From Antedon mediterranea (Eukaryota > Animalia > Echinodermata): DNA of 64,000 bases. Positions within the stretch are counted from its first letter, which is position 1, and each line of letters opens with the position of its first letter. The stretch is taken from assembly GCF_964355755.1 (NCBI RefSeq), contig NC_092677.1:22865175-22929174 (forward strand). The letters are read 5' to 3'. The notes under the pieces were generated by a model that saw only the letters and a list, made by a program, of their open reading frames with translations, was not told the DNA's origin and did no database searches. This document shows, in pieces, positions 39,350 to 52,693 of this stretch. Position numbers and translations under genes: made by a program.

Positions 39350-41352
39350 ATTCATATTCATATTCATTTATTATCCAGAAAAAATAATACAAAAACAATA
39401 CAAAAAGCATATATAACATAGAACAACAACAAGCAGAGAAAAAGCGCAGAACACTATCCTGGCGGATTGTCAAAAAGCAAAAAATATCGCTATAAAAGAC
39501 TCTCCTGATAGTGCTGGTGGCAAAATAACATTAACAAGGATAAACATTTAACAACCCGGTAACATAGAATTTATATAAAACAGAATAAAAATTGCAATCA
39601 TTATAAATAAACATGTCTGTTATATATACCGGAATCTCATCCCACATCCGTGGAAATGAAATAAAAACAGAATAAAAAAAAAGCATTAGTACGAGACTTC
39701 TCATGTCTGAAAACAAGTTTCTCACTTCTACGTTCAACAGGTTTAGGTAGCAAAGCACCATCAATTAGGAAATCTGTACAGAGGCACTTCACAACAAATT
39801 TAACACGGATGAATTTAAGTCTATTATAAATCGTGGGTAATTTTAGAGTCCGTAACCTTTGTTCGTATGACGGCCGCATGTCATAATCCATGTGAAAAAA
39901 ACGTGGGAAGCATGATCGTGTAAAGCGTCTCTGAACAGATTCAATCTGATTGATGGTGCTTTGCAGAAATGGAAACCAGACAGGTGAAGCGTATTCAATT
40001 ACAGGCCTAATGATAGACTTAAATAATTTAGGAAAAACGGTCTGATCATTGGTTCTAACACACCTCTTAATAAATCCTACAAGTTTATTGCATTTACCAG
40101 TAGTCAGAGAGATGTGTTTATTCCACTTCAAATCTGAAGACAAGGTAACACCAAGATACTTGTATTCTGTTACACTTTCTAGTACTTTATTATCAATTTC
40201 ATAATGAAAATACTGTTTTACTTTCGATCTAGAGATCGACATAACCTTACATTTACTGTTATTTAGAGACATATAATTATCATTGCCCCATAGGGATATG
40301 GCAGTTAGATCGTCTTGAAGCTTCAAACAATCATCTTGATTATTTATTACTCTGAACAACACAGTATCATCTGCATATAATGCAATATTTGAGTTAACTA
40401 CTGATGGGAGCTCACATGTATACAAATTAAAAAGAATAGGTCCCAACACGGAACCTTGAGGTACCCCCGATAATACATCTTTCCAATCTGAAAGTGAACC
40501 TTTGAATAACACTGCTTGGCTACGGTTAATCAGAAAAGATTGTAACCAACTCATGAGCTTACCGGCAAAGCCATATTTTTGTAGCTTATTAATGAGAAGT
40601 GAATGACAAACCTTGTCAAAAGCCTTGGACCAATCTAAAAACACAGCATCAACTCTTGGCGGTTTGTTTACATCTAAACATTTAGCCCATTGGTGGTAAA
40701 TTGTGGCAAGCTGTGTTACACACGATCTTTTGTTACAAAAACCATGTTGTGTGGAAGGCAAAAGGCCAAGTTTATCAGCATGAGAAACCATGTGCTTTCC
40801 AATAAAGCGCTCAAGCATTTTCCCGACCACTGACGTCAGGGAGATGGGGCGATAGTTTACAACATTGTCACCAGGGCCTGATTTATGTATTGGTACAACA
40901 TGGGCTACTTTCCAGTCAGCTGGGACTTTACCGGTTTTAATTGAGATATTAAATATCTCAGTCAAGACACCAATGATTGTGAAAGATGACAGTTTAAGCA
41001 TTTTAGGGGAGATACCGTCAGGCCCTGGGGATTTATTCCCATCTAATGAAGAAATCAGACATTTAACATCTGCTTCATTGATCAGCAGATCAGAAAGAGG
41101 AGGATCAACCAATGAAGATATCATCTGGTTATTATTGGGTACAGGTTTAGAAAAGTTACTATGAAAAAATGTATTAAATTTATTAGCAATTAAACTAGGA
41201 TCATCTGTTGTGATGTTATCAAACTTAAAACTTGTTGGAAAACATTTATGTCTTTTAGCATTAACGAACGCCCAAAAAGGTTTTTGGTCTTTTGAGTTTG
41301 TTGCTAATTGTTTTACATATTCATAGTAACTCTTTTTACACATAAAAAGGAA
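39350..41352 (-). mobile_element. 5'-truncated CR1-like LINE with uninterrupted RT ORF (39637..41343)
   Basis: PGPDG, NYRPISL, DWSKAFD, GVPQGS, YADD and YLG motifs, AATAAA-(TGAATA)n tail, 7-bp TSD GAGGAAT (39343-39349, 41353-41359). Confidence 0.93.
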
Positions 41353-42664
41353 GAGGAATGTTTTTCAAAGTAATGCAATTTACCAGGTTAATATTTGACA
41401 TACTAAAGATCAATCTTTCATTTCCAAACTTATTTATATAATATGTTGGTAATAGCTTCCATCATTTTATTTATATTTCTACCAATCCACATGGCATTTG
41501 TTTTTCTTTTGTTAAGGCTCATACCTCATTTCAGTCAGAATACATTCATTTTCACGGGTGCAAGTCTGGTCAATTGCTTCATTTAGAATTTTTAATTGCT
41601 TCTGAAGTTTTTCCTTTTTTTTAATTTTTTCTTTATTTATTTTTTTACTGTAAAAAATCGAAAAGTCTTTAACCTTCACTTTTATAAGTTCCCAAATTAA
41701 ATCAGGGCTAAGGATACTTTCGTTGTATTTGGTATTATGTATAATTTCCCTAATATGGTCTTGATAATCCATATTTTTCAGCAAATCATTATTAAGCTTC
41801 CAATAGCTAGGACCCCTTTTAGATTGATGTAACCCAATTTTAATTGATATTGCTTGATGATCTGTTAGTATTGCTGGCCTAATATCACATGATATTATTT
41901 CATTGTATTCAACAATATTTTTAGAGGTAAACCAATAATCTAGTCTTCTATAAATTTGGTTATGTTTTCTACGTCAAGTAAATTGTATTTTGTTTGGATT
42001 TGTAATTCTCCATGCATCTTTTAACATCAATTTGTTCATAAAACACAGATGTGTCTTTTCTATCAGCACTATTTTTTTGGTCACATCGTCTATCAAGTAC
42101 GCAATTAATATCACCCCCCAAAATAATTCTATCACTGTCAATATCAATAAAATTTGAAATGATATTATTTAAATCTCTAAAGAATGTGCTTCTCATTTTG
42201 CTATTATTTGGGGCATATACATTAATGAACACAAAAATCTTATTATTAATTTCTATTTTAATAATTATATATCTCCCATTTTTATCTACACTTTGCTTTA
42301 TCACTTTATAATTGAAACCTTTTCTAAATAAAATCGACACGCCTGCACTAGTCGAGTTATTAATACTATGTACACAATCACCTTTCCAAATCGATTTGAA
42401 TTTTTTAAATAAATCTTGTGTTAAGATGTGTTTCCTGTAACAGTACCACATCCGTTTTTTGATCTTTACACCATTTTTCAATTTGTAATTGCTTGGTATT
42501 ATCACGCAAACCTCGTATATTTAATGAGATACAATGAAAATTTGAATTAAACATTGATCGATTTATTTAAAGAACCATTGGTAATTATACGTACACACAT
42601 AAATACCCGTATTAAAGGAAAATAACGAAAGTAGCATGCACATAACTATTATAGTATAACACTC

Positions 42665-43708
42665 TCACTTTTCTATAGTTACTTGTTTTTTACTTTTACT
42701 GGATTTTCTTCTTCTCTTTGAGCCTGGCCAGGTAGGAGATATGTTTTCCTCATCATCCTTTTGTTCGTTGGTGTTAACCTCTTTTCCCTTTACCTTCTTC
42801 TCGCTGGTTGAGGCTTGTTTAAGGAAGTCCGTGATCTTGCCTTGCTTCTCTTGAAGTTCATGCCGTTCACTTTCTTCCTTGTCTTCCTCTTCACTGCCTG
42901 TACTTTCCTCCGAGCTTGAAACTTCTTCATTAATAATTTCTTTGTTTTCATGTGTGTTAGCATCTTTCGTATTGTTCTTAACAATGACACGTTCAGACAT
43001 ATCTTGAATTACTTGTTCTCCAGAATCGTTAAGTAATAACTTTTCCGCACTGCACTCATCTTTTCTATGCCCTTCTAATCCACATGCCATGCATACGATG
43101 TTATTTGAACATTTGGATGCATTATGACCGATCTTTAAACACCTTGAGCATTTGATCCTTTCATCTGTTTGCCCATTGTGGAAGAGCCTAACTTTAAAGT
43201 CATTTATGCTCAGGAATCTTGGTAATGGTGCTTGTAATTTGTCAACGTAAAACATCCGATCGCCATTCAGACAACTAGTGAGTTGCCCATCAACCCTTAG
43301 CTTCATACGTTGAATGTCACCTTTTATTTTAACGTTAAAACGTATCAAGGATTTCCGTATTTCGTCATCCGCTACCGAGAGCGGCAAATCTTTCACTGTG
43401 ACTCTGATAGAGTCTATATTGTATTGTAGGTATGGATTTTTATCATATATTTGTATGTTCCTACCTTTAATATTCAGTCCCGTTGTTATCAGCTTTACTC
43501 TATCTTCTTGGCAATTTATGTATAATCTCCACAAATTCTTGATCCTTTGTATTCCAGTAATATTTCGATTTTCAACACACTTCATCAGTACTTTATAAAT
43601 ATCTTGTGGTTCAACATATTTATCACTGACAGTATTTACTTCGTCTACTTTCATGAATACCGGTTTCACTTTAACAGAAGCGTCCCGGGATGCCGCGTCT
43701 TTGATCAC
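42665..43708 (-). CDS. Tx1-type ORF1 (zinc-knuckle nucleic-acid-binding protein), open but lacking a true ATG
   Basis: 347-aa open frame with CSRCLKIGHNASKC and CMACGLEGHRKDEC. It begins at GTG abutting the TSD. Confidence 0.85.
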   Translation of the reverse strand: MIKDAASRDASVKVKPVFMKVDEVNTVSDKYVEPQDIYKVLMKCVENRNITGIQRIKNLWRLYINCQEDRVKLITTGLNIKGRNIQIYDKNPYLQYNIDSIRVTVKDLPLSVADDEIRKSLIRFNVKIKGDIQRMKLRVDGQLTSCLNGDRMFYVDKLQAPLPRFLSINDFKVRLFHNGQTDERIKCSRCLKIGHNASKCSNNIVCMACGLEGHRKDECSAEKLLLNDSGEQVIQDMSERVIVKNNTKDANTHENKEIINEEVSSSEESTGSEEEDKEESERHELQEKQGKITDFLKQASTSEKKVKGKEVNTNEQKDDEENISPTWPGSKRRRKSSKSKKQVTIEK

Positions 43709-44454
43709 ACATAGTTATTGTGTAATTGAAATGTGACACCACCGTAATTAATGGACTCTTTTTTTTAGTACTGTGCTGTGATGCTGCTAGAAATACACAC
43801 GCGCAGAATATCTCTTGCAAGTACTGTAAATATTAATACCGAGGATGACAATTTACCTTAATTAAAAATTCAATTAACTTTTTACCACAATGTGGTGATC
43901 AACCGTGATTAGACAGGTTAGAGTAACTAGCTAGGCCTGCATTTGCAGAGTAGTACACTATTTTTAATAGGCTAGGTAGGCTAGGTGTGGAGGCTACTGA
44001 ACTTTTTTAGATTGTGTGAGGAAGTGACCTGTGTATAAGACGCACCCAAAATTTAGAGGTCAAATTTGCGTGTCAAAAGTGCGACTTGTACACTTATACA
44101 TATATGGTATATATTGTTTTGACACATTCTCAGAAATGTATAATCTTGAATTCACCCCTTTGACAAAATATTAAAATTATTGAATTGAAATTATGTAAAT
44201 TATTTATTTGACAAAAAATGTACCCAAATATAGTTATCTATTTATAAATTTAGGTAAGGGCAAAATTTAGTAAATTGCGCGTTACTTCTAGAATTTTTAA
44301 TTGATGGTATATAAGGCACTGATTTTAACCACCAAATGTAACCCTGTTTACTAATTAAGTTGAGTTAGATAATTAGTTATGGACAATTAAAACAAATTGA
44401 AGTTCAACGATTTGCCCCAAATAAGGGTGTTTTCCGATCGTGGTGTACACAATA

Positions 44455-46061
44455 GCCGCACACAATAATACGAGGATGCTTCGCATTGCCTATCTCCTTT
44501 TACGATAATTGTTTTTAATAACTGAAAATTGGTTAAACAGCTTGAGTAAAGCATCATCATTTTGAAGACAAGCCGATTTTCTTAAAAAAAAAAAATTGTT
44601 GATAGATTTAATATACATTTGACGGTAAATGGAATATTCCAATCTCTCTTCCACAAGTGTCTATTCCCTCAGGCATCGTAATAACACAAAGGCAAGTACA
44701 CTCATAACAGAAATTTGATTTTTTTTTTTTTCAATCTGTGCTTCAGAGGTTGGATATAGGTATTTTTAAAAACAGATAATGAGCTAGCGTTTTCAGTTGC
44801 CGTCTATATCTGTACAATCTACTTTATTATTGCAGTTAAACCACCACCCACACCACCACCCTCCCCCTCAATGGCATGAGTAGCGTTGTAAAGCCAGTAT
44901 AGGATAGGCTTACAGTACGAAGAATCAAATATGCCCTAAACGCAGAACAACTTTGGTGGGTAGGAACCAGCTTAAGTATGAATTGGCTCTAAGGAACAAT
45001 TGAAAACCATTAGGCCTACTAATTAAGTTGAGTTGAGTCACAAACTGTTTTACATTATATAAACACATATACAAATAAACTTTATTACTGACAGTGGCTT
45101 CTCAACGTTTGTATTAATACTGTAATTTAAAAAAAATATAAACATTGTAGTGATGTATCGTTACATGTACTGTACTATTTCAATCGACTATGACTGTGAC
45201 AGTTTCAACAAAGTATTAAATCGCAATGTTTTACTGTGTTTATAAGTGGTATATTATTTGTAAAGCATGAAAACAATTAATATTTCGTTACTGAATGGAT
45301 AAAGAATATATTTAAAAATTGTTCCCTAACCCTTGCACTCATCCTCTTCCCCATCCCTCAACCCTGATGTTACATACAAAACACAAATTAAGTTTCTTTA
45401 AATTTGAATCAAACAATTGGTCTCATTTTCTGACAAGTTTACATAAATCACCGTGTCTATTTATTCGTTCCTGTAAACGACATGTATTATTGTCCTGCGG
45501 TACGTACATTTAAAATCGCAGTTTTTTTGGTTTTTTTTACTGCCACCTTAGGCCTGTTGCACCTGGCATATTTCTATTCGGTCTGTTGCCACTTGGCCTT
45601 TTGTCACCCAGCCTGTTGCCACCCGGCCTTTTGTCACCCAGCCTGTTTCCACCCGGCCTTCCTGAGTGAATAAATAGAGTAACACTAAAAAACAATTCGA
45701 TAGAATTTTTAAAAACATGTTTGATTGTTTTTTGTATTGGCTGACTTGATACAGAGATGCATAAATTAGTTTACCCTTTAGTATAAATAACAACTAGCCA
45801 CTAGCTTTTAAGTTTATTTCTTGAAGGGCCCATAAATTTACCTACTTGTGTTAAACCAAATAATTTGGAATGTTCCATTCATCGCAAATCAATACATTTG
45901 TATATTAAATCTATCAAAATAGTATTTTTTAAAGAAAATCGGCCTGTCTTTAACATTATGATGCTGTATTTGAGCTGTTCAACCGGTTTTCAGCTATTAA
46001 AAGCAATTATCGTAGGAGGAGATAGGTAAATGCGAAGCATCCTCGTATTATTGTGTGCGGG
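44455..46061. mobile_element. Non-autonomous TIR element with ~100-bp imperfect TIRs, TA-flanked
   Basis: CCGCACACAATAATACGAGGATGCTTCGCATT... is mirrored at ~45957-46060. A 15-bp GGCCTGTTGCCACCC repeat patch lies inside at 45551-45658. Confidence 0.8.
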
Positions 46062-46089
46062 TATTTTTCAAGATGGACATCCATTAGAC

Positions 46090-47400
46090 AGTCTATACAT
46101 ATATATTTCTTTTTTAGGTTCCTGTTGAGATTGTTCACTTTGTTTCTTATTTGTTTAGCTTTGTCCCAATCTTTAGAATCATTAGTTTTATGAGCCTTTT
46201 TATAATAATAATCCCTATCTTTAGTTAATGTTATGTCATCTTTTGTTATCCATTCAGGAAGTGAGCCTTTGACCCTCTTTGTTTTAAGAGGGGCATGGCA
46301 ATTACATAGGCTACTGAATAAGCTTTTCCATAGTAACCAAGCTGAATTAACATCTGTTGAGAGTTTAATCTGATCCCAGTCAATACTTTCAAGATCATCA
46401 ATGAATTTATGTTCATCAATTTTTTTTAAAGAACGAGATTTAATAAATTTAGGAGGAATATTAACTTTTTTGGTTTTTCTTATTAAATAGGTTAAAGAGT
46501 GATCACTTATACCAAGACTTGACACCCCTGCTGTTGAAATATCCAAATTTGTAACAAATATTAAATCAATTATAGTTTTACTTGTATTAGTTATCCTAGT
46601 AAAATCGTGTATTAGTTGGTTTAGATTACTATTTTTGGCCAATTTATTAATTTTACCTGCATTTTTCTTGTTACTTATATCTAAATTAAAATCACCTAAG
46701 AAGATCACAACATCGTTATTGTAGAGGTGCATTGTTGAAACATAGTGTTAAGTTCATTTAAATATTCAGCCTTTGCACTTGGTGGTCTATAGATATTTCC
46801 TAAAAGTAATGGTTTAGAATATGGCAAGTTAAATTCAACCCAGAGAGCTTCAATAGTTTCAACCCTAAAATTGTAGATCTCTTTAAAGTGGATACCATTT
46901 TTTATATAGCATGAAACTCCACCACCTGATTGTGAAAGTTGTCTATCCAGTCTACATATTTCATATCCATTTATCCATATCTCATTATTATCAATACTGC
47001 TATTTAGCCAAGTTTCAGTTATACAAAATAAAATATATCATAATTATGTTCATTAAGGAGTGTTTTAACACTGTCCAACTTATTTCTAAGTGACTGGATA
47101 TTTAAATGAGCAATTTTAAAACCTTTTTTATAAATAATATCAGAATAATCAGAACTTGAGTAACTTAAGGGATTATTATTAAAAGGAAGTTCTGATATGG
47201 CAATTTTTCTAAAGCAATCATTACACCACCAACTATCTGGATAAGTAAATAGATTATTGTCTATATAAGATAAATTAAAGTTTAAAAAACAATTATTACA
47301 AGTTAACCTAATATTTAAAGAATGTACACTTTTACATAGGTTATTAACATTATTATTAGTAATAATACATAAATCATTATTTTCTGGTAAGATATCGTAA
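46090..47400 (-). mobile_element. CR1-group LINE fragment (APE endonuclease plus linker)
   Basis: HLNIQSL, ETWL, GGGV, IYRPP, GDFN, IDLIF, SDH and EWIT motifs in ORF 46007..46732 and upstream frames. Confidence 0.88.
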
Positions 47401-48164
47401 TCATTCAGTATTGTCCCGGCTTGATCTTAATTGAGTTTAATACTTTCGGTAGTTGAAATGTCTTGAGAGTTTTCATTGTGTAGATAGTTTTTGGTGGAAG
47501 GTAACAATTTAGGACTAAAAGTTTCATTAATTTCGGCATTGACTTCCTTGCCTTCTGTTCACCTAGTATCATGTTGATTGGGACAATACTTTGCTTTATG
47601 GCCTTCCTGTTGACAAATCCAACATAATACAGGTGTACCACTCACATCCTACACACAGTGTAGCATAGGTAAAGTTACGGGACCCACCTTTTGTTCCAGT
47701 CGTTTCCGCTACCAAATATATACCGTATATATAATGGTATTCAAAAAATACTGTACTAAATACGGTATTTACTTGAAACAGGGCCATAGAATATCACTGT
47801 TCAAGCCGACCTATCAACTTTCCCAAAACCAGGATGTTAGTAACGTCTAAAAGGTCCAAATGCATTATGAGAATGAGACTTTTCGAAGATATGACCATTT
47901 GGGCCAGCTTAATGATGTGTCGTTTTGCGATTTCAATTTTATTTCAACAAGTGTTGACTTCAATAATTTGACTTGAAAAGTATTCCTTATCATCACTGCA
48001 GAGCCATCACGAAAGGAATTGTCCTACTTTTTTATTCAGATGAACTAGATGACAGCTGTAAATCTAAGATCAAAGCATCAATTTCTTTACAATTGCTTTA
48101 TATCATTGTTATCCCCTCGTCTTCAAAAAACCTCCTTTCCACTCCAACTTTTAACACTAAAATT

Positions 48165-48349
48165 TAAGGCCTAAGCACCTTTACTTCTGCTGCCTCTCGC
48201 TTATGGAATAACCTACCCGCCTCTTTTAGATCATGTTCTGCGCCTTTAAATCTGCCTTGAAAACTCACCCTTTTCTTATAAATTACTCCGTGCCTTTGAT
48301 CACTTACTGCTGGAATTGACGCATTACAAATTCGTATTATTATTATTAT
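48165..48349 (+). mobile_element. L2-like LINE 3' end
   Basis: F..AA.RLWNNLP...R...FKSALKTH remnant, short 3' tail and (TAT)n. Confidence 0.65.
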
Positions 48350-48871
48350 CTATCCATGTTTTATTTGTTTGTTTTACTCTGTTTTTGGCTGCCCAAGCTT
48401 TTCTGTTTATTGTAAAACACTTCCACTTAGTTACGACAGAAAGATTATGCCAATATGACCTGAAGAAAATAACATTTTGTTAGTTTTGCTCTTTATTTTG
48501 TGTCTTTATACAGTATACACATACTGTATACATACTACACACAGTGTAGCATAGGTGAAATTACGGGTACCGCCTTTTTTTCCAGTCGCTGCTGTTGCTG
48601 AAAACATAGCTAACTGCGCCAAGTGAGGAAATCATTTTTCATAGTTTGTCCTAGAAGTTTAAAAAAAATAAATATCGCTACACTTATTACAAAATAGACT
48701 ACAAATGTTAGGTACATACGTTGATGTTTTAATAATTTCACGTCAAATATTGTTAAATGTATAGTGTGGTACAATGCCCTCGTAGTCCCCTCTTTACACA
48801 CCATTTGATTTTACAATACAATTAGCACCAAAAGAAGCAGCTTGTTAATTTTGGTTACCAATCGTAAGCTG

Positions 48872-49110
48872 GAGTTGTTCCTAGTGGGTAGTTTTCCTAG
48901 GGGGGGTAATTGTCCTATAGGGTAGTTGTCCTAGGGGGTAGTTGTCCTAGAGGGTAGTTGTCCTAGGGGCTAATTGTCCTAGGGGGTAATTTTCTTAGGG
49001 GGTAGTTGTCCTAAGAGATAGTTGTCCGGGGATTAGTTGTCCTAGGAGGGTGATTGTCCAGGTTTTTTTTTTCCGGGTGGTAGTTGTCCAGAGGGTAGTT
49101 GTCCTAGACC
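48872..49110. repeat. Orphan arm of the GGTAGTTGTCCTAG MULE-like repeat family
   Basis: Same 15-bp unit family as copies A-C, ending GTCCTAGACC. Confidence 0.8.
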
Positions 49111-50708
49111 CAGTATACACATACTGTATACATACTACATACAGTGTAGCATCTATATATAAATTATGGTTAATTCTGACATAGGCGAGCACAATGCAAA
49201 AACTTCTCTACAAATCTCCGCCTTGGATACCTACCTTATCTATCCGAGATGTACCGCGAAACGTAGATTTGATAACATTAGTGTGCACGCCGACGCTATT
49301 GTTCCATATTTATATCTTAGGAAGATATTATAAAGAGTTTTTTAACAACATTTATGATTTCAACATTGGATTTTCCTCTCAATTTCAATTCTTCCCGGTC
49401 AAAGTAATTTCCGGGTTTAAGATAAGTTCACCTTAGTTTCAAATATTTTCTCTCTTTTATACACAAGGGAGCAGTTAAAATAATAGATTTGACCCTAAAG
49501 GTGACTGGAAACAGGCACTTTCCATCCAGTGTCCCTTTGGAAGACGAAAAAAAAATTGGCCATTAATCATAGCCATTTCAGTTTTTTGTTTATTTTAAAA
49601 CATACCACACGTGTGTGAAGGTACAGTAGTTAAATAATAGGAATTATACTGCAAATTAATAAAGATCAAATTAAATATACGCCATAAAGAATCAGAATAT
49701 ATTGTGGGGAATAGTATTATAAAATTACATAGGGAGATTTGATAAGACATTTTTCGAGTGAAATCCCGATAGCTGAGTTTTATTGAGTAAGCTTGCAGGA
49801 ATAACTGTAGGCTATCTTCCTGTGTCCCGTTAGGACCGAGATGTCTGCCCATGTTGCAAGCCGTAATGTCTTCTTTCTTGGGCCCACTCTGTCACGGCAG
49901 TTAGTTTCAAAAGATGATTAAATTAAATAATGTATTAATAATTATTAGGATGGTATTCATTTGAATAAACGCCTCTCCAATAAAACATCACTTTGAATAA
50001 TAACCCCCCCCCCCCCCCCCCCACAACCCAACTATCTAATAAACGTCCATCCACATATTTATAATAACACAATTATACTATTTGTAGTAGAATTCACCGC
50101 ACTGTTATCTGCAATTTACTAAGCATTTGTTATTCTTTTTTACCACTTTTCATATCTATGAGAGGATTTCATTTGATTATAAATGTTACCATATTATTAG
50201 AACTAAAAAATTTAACATATATCCCTAGAATAAGCACCTCCCTCAAATGACCTCCGCCTCCCCAAAGGGCCCTACCAAACAATAAAAACTATACTTTAAA
50301 ATGTTATTAATCATCTAAAACACTGTGAAACAAAGTAGTTAAGTTTTACGAATGTCAAGCATTTTCAATAATGGTAACCGACAGAAAATGTATAAGGAGA
50401 ACATTATCATTCCGAGAACCATCGTCTACACTTCCTAGAGGGGGAGCGAGCGAAGCGAGCTCACCCTCTAGTAGGTAAAATTACAGGACCCGCCTTTTGT
50501 TCCAGTTGTTTCCGCATTAAAAAAATACCGTACTAAATACGGTATTTACTTGAAACAGGGCCATAGATTTCACTGTTCAAGCCGACCTATCAACTTTCCA
50601 AAAAGCAGGATGTGCATCTTCAGGTGGCGAGAGATGCACATGTGACCCTTTTACACTATCTCCTTAGCGATTTCAATACTGAAATTGTTTTTCACTCTAC
50701 CTTACCAG

Positions 50709-50774
50709 AATTTACAACATCTAATTCCTACTTTTGTCAGTGTCCATCTGTATATTCAGGAACAAATTGTGAAG
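50709..50774 (+). pseudogene. Half-EGF exon (C-terminal 3 Cys), truncated duplicate of 51489-51602
   Basis: [22 protein letters not shown] followed by GTAATGTACAATCTGT, as in the 51.5-kb exon. In-phase upstream CCTTACCAG acceptor. Confidence 0.7.
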
Positions 50775-51042
50775 GTAATGTACAATCTGTGCATAATACA
50801 GTAGCTATTATTTAGGGTGATGAATGAAGCTTTAGGAGGCCCTAACTTGCTTGTTTCATTTTTTGTCTTGGTTGTTTAGATTTGTAACTGATACATAATA
50901 CATCTGTCTCTTATACTTATTGGTTGCATCATTGGTTGCATCACTTACAAATGATTTTTTATTTATATTATATTCAAGTGATCACAGACTTCTTTTTTAA
51001 GGTTGAATTGTTTTTACTAAACAACATACTGTAGTCCTAAAT

Positions 51043-51452
51043 TGTAACGCTCGTAGCGTCGTACGTTAATCGGTATACAACAAAAAAAACTTCCAACCAG
51101 GTTTTGCACTTCACAATTGATTTATTGTGGTTCAAACTGAAAATGTAACAAAATAATACAATAAAGCAAGAACTACAATGTATCCAGGTTGAATTAGCAA
51201 AATGTAGAAATGGTATTAAGCCTAAACTAAGCTAAAGAGAGTAATCAAAGGAAGCAAATAACGAACTTACATCACTGGCCTGTCTGGTGTAATACAAAGG
51301 TATGTATAGGATTACCACTCACGAAATGAAAAGAACGACAACGATAAGCACAGCACAGTAAAAGGGAATATTAGAAACAAAAGAACGGGAAATTTACATA
51401 TTATGTCAGGTGCAGTTTAACATAGCAGAAATAAAGCGTTGCGTCACTAACA
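51043..51452 (-). mobile_element. Solo LTR (BEL/Pao-related)
   Basis: TGT...ACA ends and 5-bp TSD TAAAT. The terminal GCAGAAATAAAGCGTTGCGTCACTAACA is shared with the BEL LTR at 52755-52782. Confidence 0.9.
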
Positions 51453-51488
51453 TAAATATTAAACAAATAATGTTGAGTTTATTTTATG

Positions 51489-51602
51489 AAAATCCTTGTT
51501 CAAATAACCCATGTGTGAATGGTGGGACCTGTTTCCAAGGTACAACATATAATTCCTACCTTTGTCGGTGTCCATCTGGTTATTCAGGAACAAATTGTGA
51601 AG
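51489..51602 (+). CDS. EGF exon ([37 protein letters not shown]) with non-canonical acceptor, possible pseudo-exon
   Basis: 114 nt, six Cys, GTAATG donor, but TG instead of AG at the phase-1 acceptor position (TTTTATG|AA). Confidence 0.6.
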
Positions 51603-52585
51603 GTAATGTACAATCTGTAGGTTTTACTATGACAGTACTTTTAGGATGGTTCCAAATGGGTGGGTTGTAAATAATTAAGGGTAGGCAACAAATAACTTTA
51701 GGTGGGAGTAAAATATTGTTTAAGCGGGTGACAAATACCTTGGGTGAAAGAATCAATATAATAAAGATAATTAAAGAGAGGAAGGAATATGATAAATGTA
51801 AAAGACCTGTCAGATGATACATAACAAGAAGTAATACACTTGTGGGTAAAATTTGTGCTACTAACTACTGTAGGTGTTGAAATAAACTTTTTTTAGGATG
51901 TGTGGCAGTGACACTAACAATTTGTTTTCTGTTTAGTTTGTTATTGTTTTATGGTATAGATTCTCTTAGAATAGATAGAGTCTCAATGAATTACATTTTG
52001 TCGTGAGGTGGTTTCCCGAATAATCGTAAAATAAAAAACGGTACTGGGTATGACCAACTAGCGTTCTTGTCACCAACTAGTCATCCATTCATAGAAGTAC
52101 TGATGTAGTAGCCTACCTGTACGGTGACCATAGAATGTGACCCGAGACATGACTAACTACGACTTTTAGTTGATAGAAGATTGAAAAAAGTGTTAAGAAG
52201 AGTTGTACTGTATGTGGATGTATAATGAAATTATGTCAATAATGTTTACACACTAGCCTAGTAGGCATATAAATAGTAATGTTTGTTAGTAAAAATAATT
52301 TTGAGTTAATAAGAATAAGATATAAGGAAGAAAAGCAAAGAGACTATGGAGCGGCTATTCCTGAATAATACTAAGTATCGTAGTTTTAAATTATAAATTT
52401 ATAATTTAAAACTACTTGTCAAAGGTCAAGCGCCTATAGCCTGCCACGTTTCGATATTCAATATTGAACTTGACCTGACGTGGTTCCATGGTATCTTTAT
52501 ATGAAAATGGTTTCATTTGTTTTTTCTCTGTTTTTGGCTGCCCTTTTCTTTTTATTGTAAAACTTTTTCCATTTAGTTACGACAG

Positions 52586-52693
52586 TCTGCTCATCTTCTC
52601 CTTGTTTAAATGGTGGAGTTTGTTCAATCACCTCCACCAATGGATACTTCTGTAGCTGCGTATCTGGTTACACAGGAACACGGTGCGAGACCG
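52586..52693 (+). pseudogene. EGF exon (CSSSPCLNGGVCSITSTNGYFCSCVSGYTGTRCET) with altered splice sites
   Basis: Six Cys intact. The acceptor TTACGACAG belongs to a repeat also seen at ~48380-48439, and the phase-1 donor reads TTAAGT. Confidence 0.65.

Larger units (their letters stand above)
38009..43708 (-). mobile_element. Tx1/L1-clade LINE, slightly 5'-truncated, RT domain deleted, interrupted by a CR1-like LINE
   Basis: ORF1 with CCHC knuckles, APE motifs (NVYAPN, GGDIN, RLDYW, TDHQA), C-terminal C-x2-C...H-x4-C finger, AATAAA plus A tail near 38010-38048, TSD ACATAGTT (38001-38008, 43709-43716). Confidence 0.9.
29790..44107. mobile_element. pogo/Tigger-like non-autonomous shell expanded to 14.3 kb by nested retroelements
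   Basis: TA-CCGTATATTTTGGTGTACAAGTCGCAC ... GTGCGACTTGTACAC(ttat)ACATATATGG-TA, with subterminal TGTATAAGAYGCACC repeats at both ends. Confidence 0.8.
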
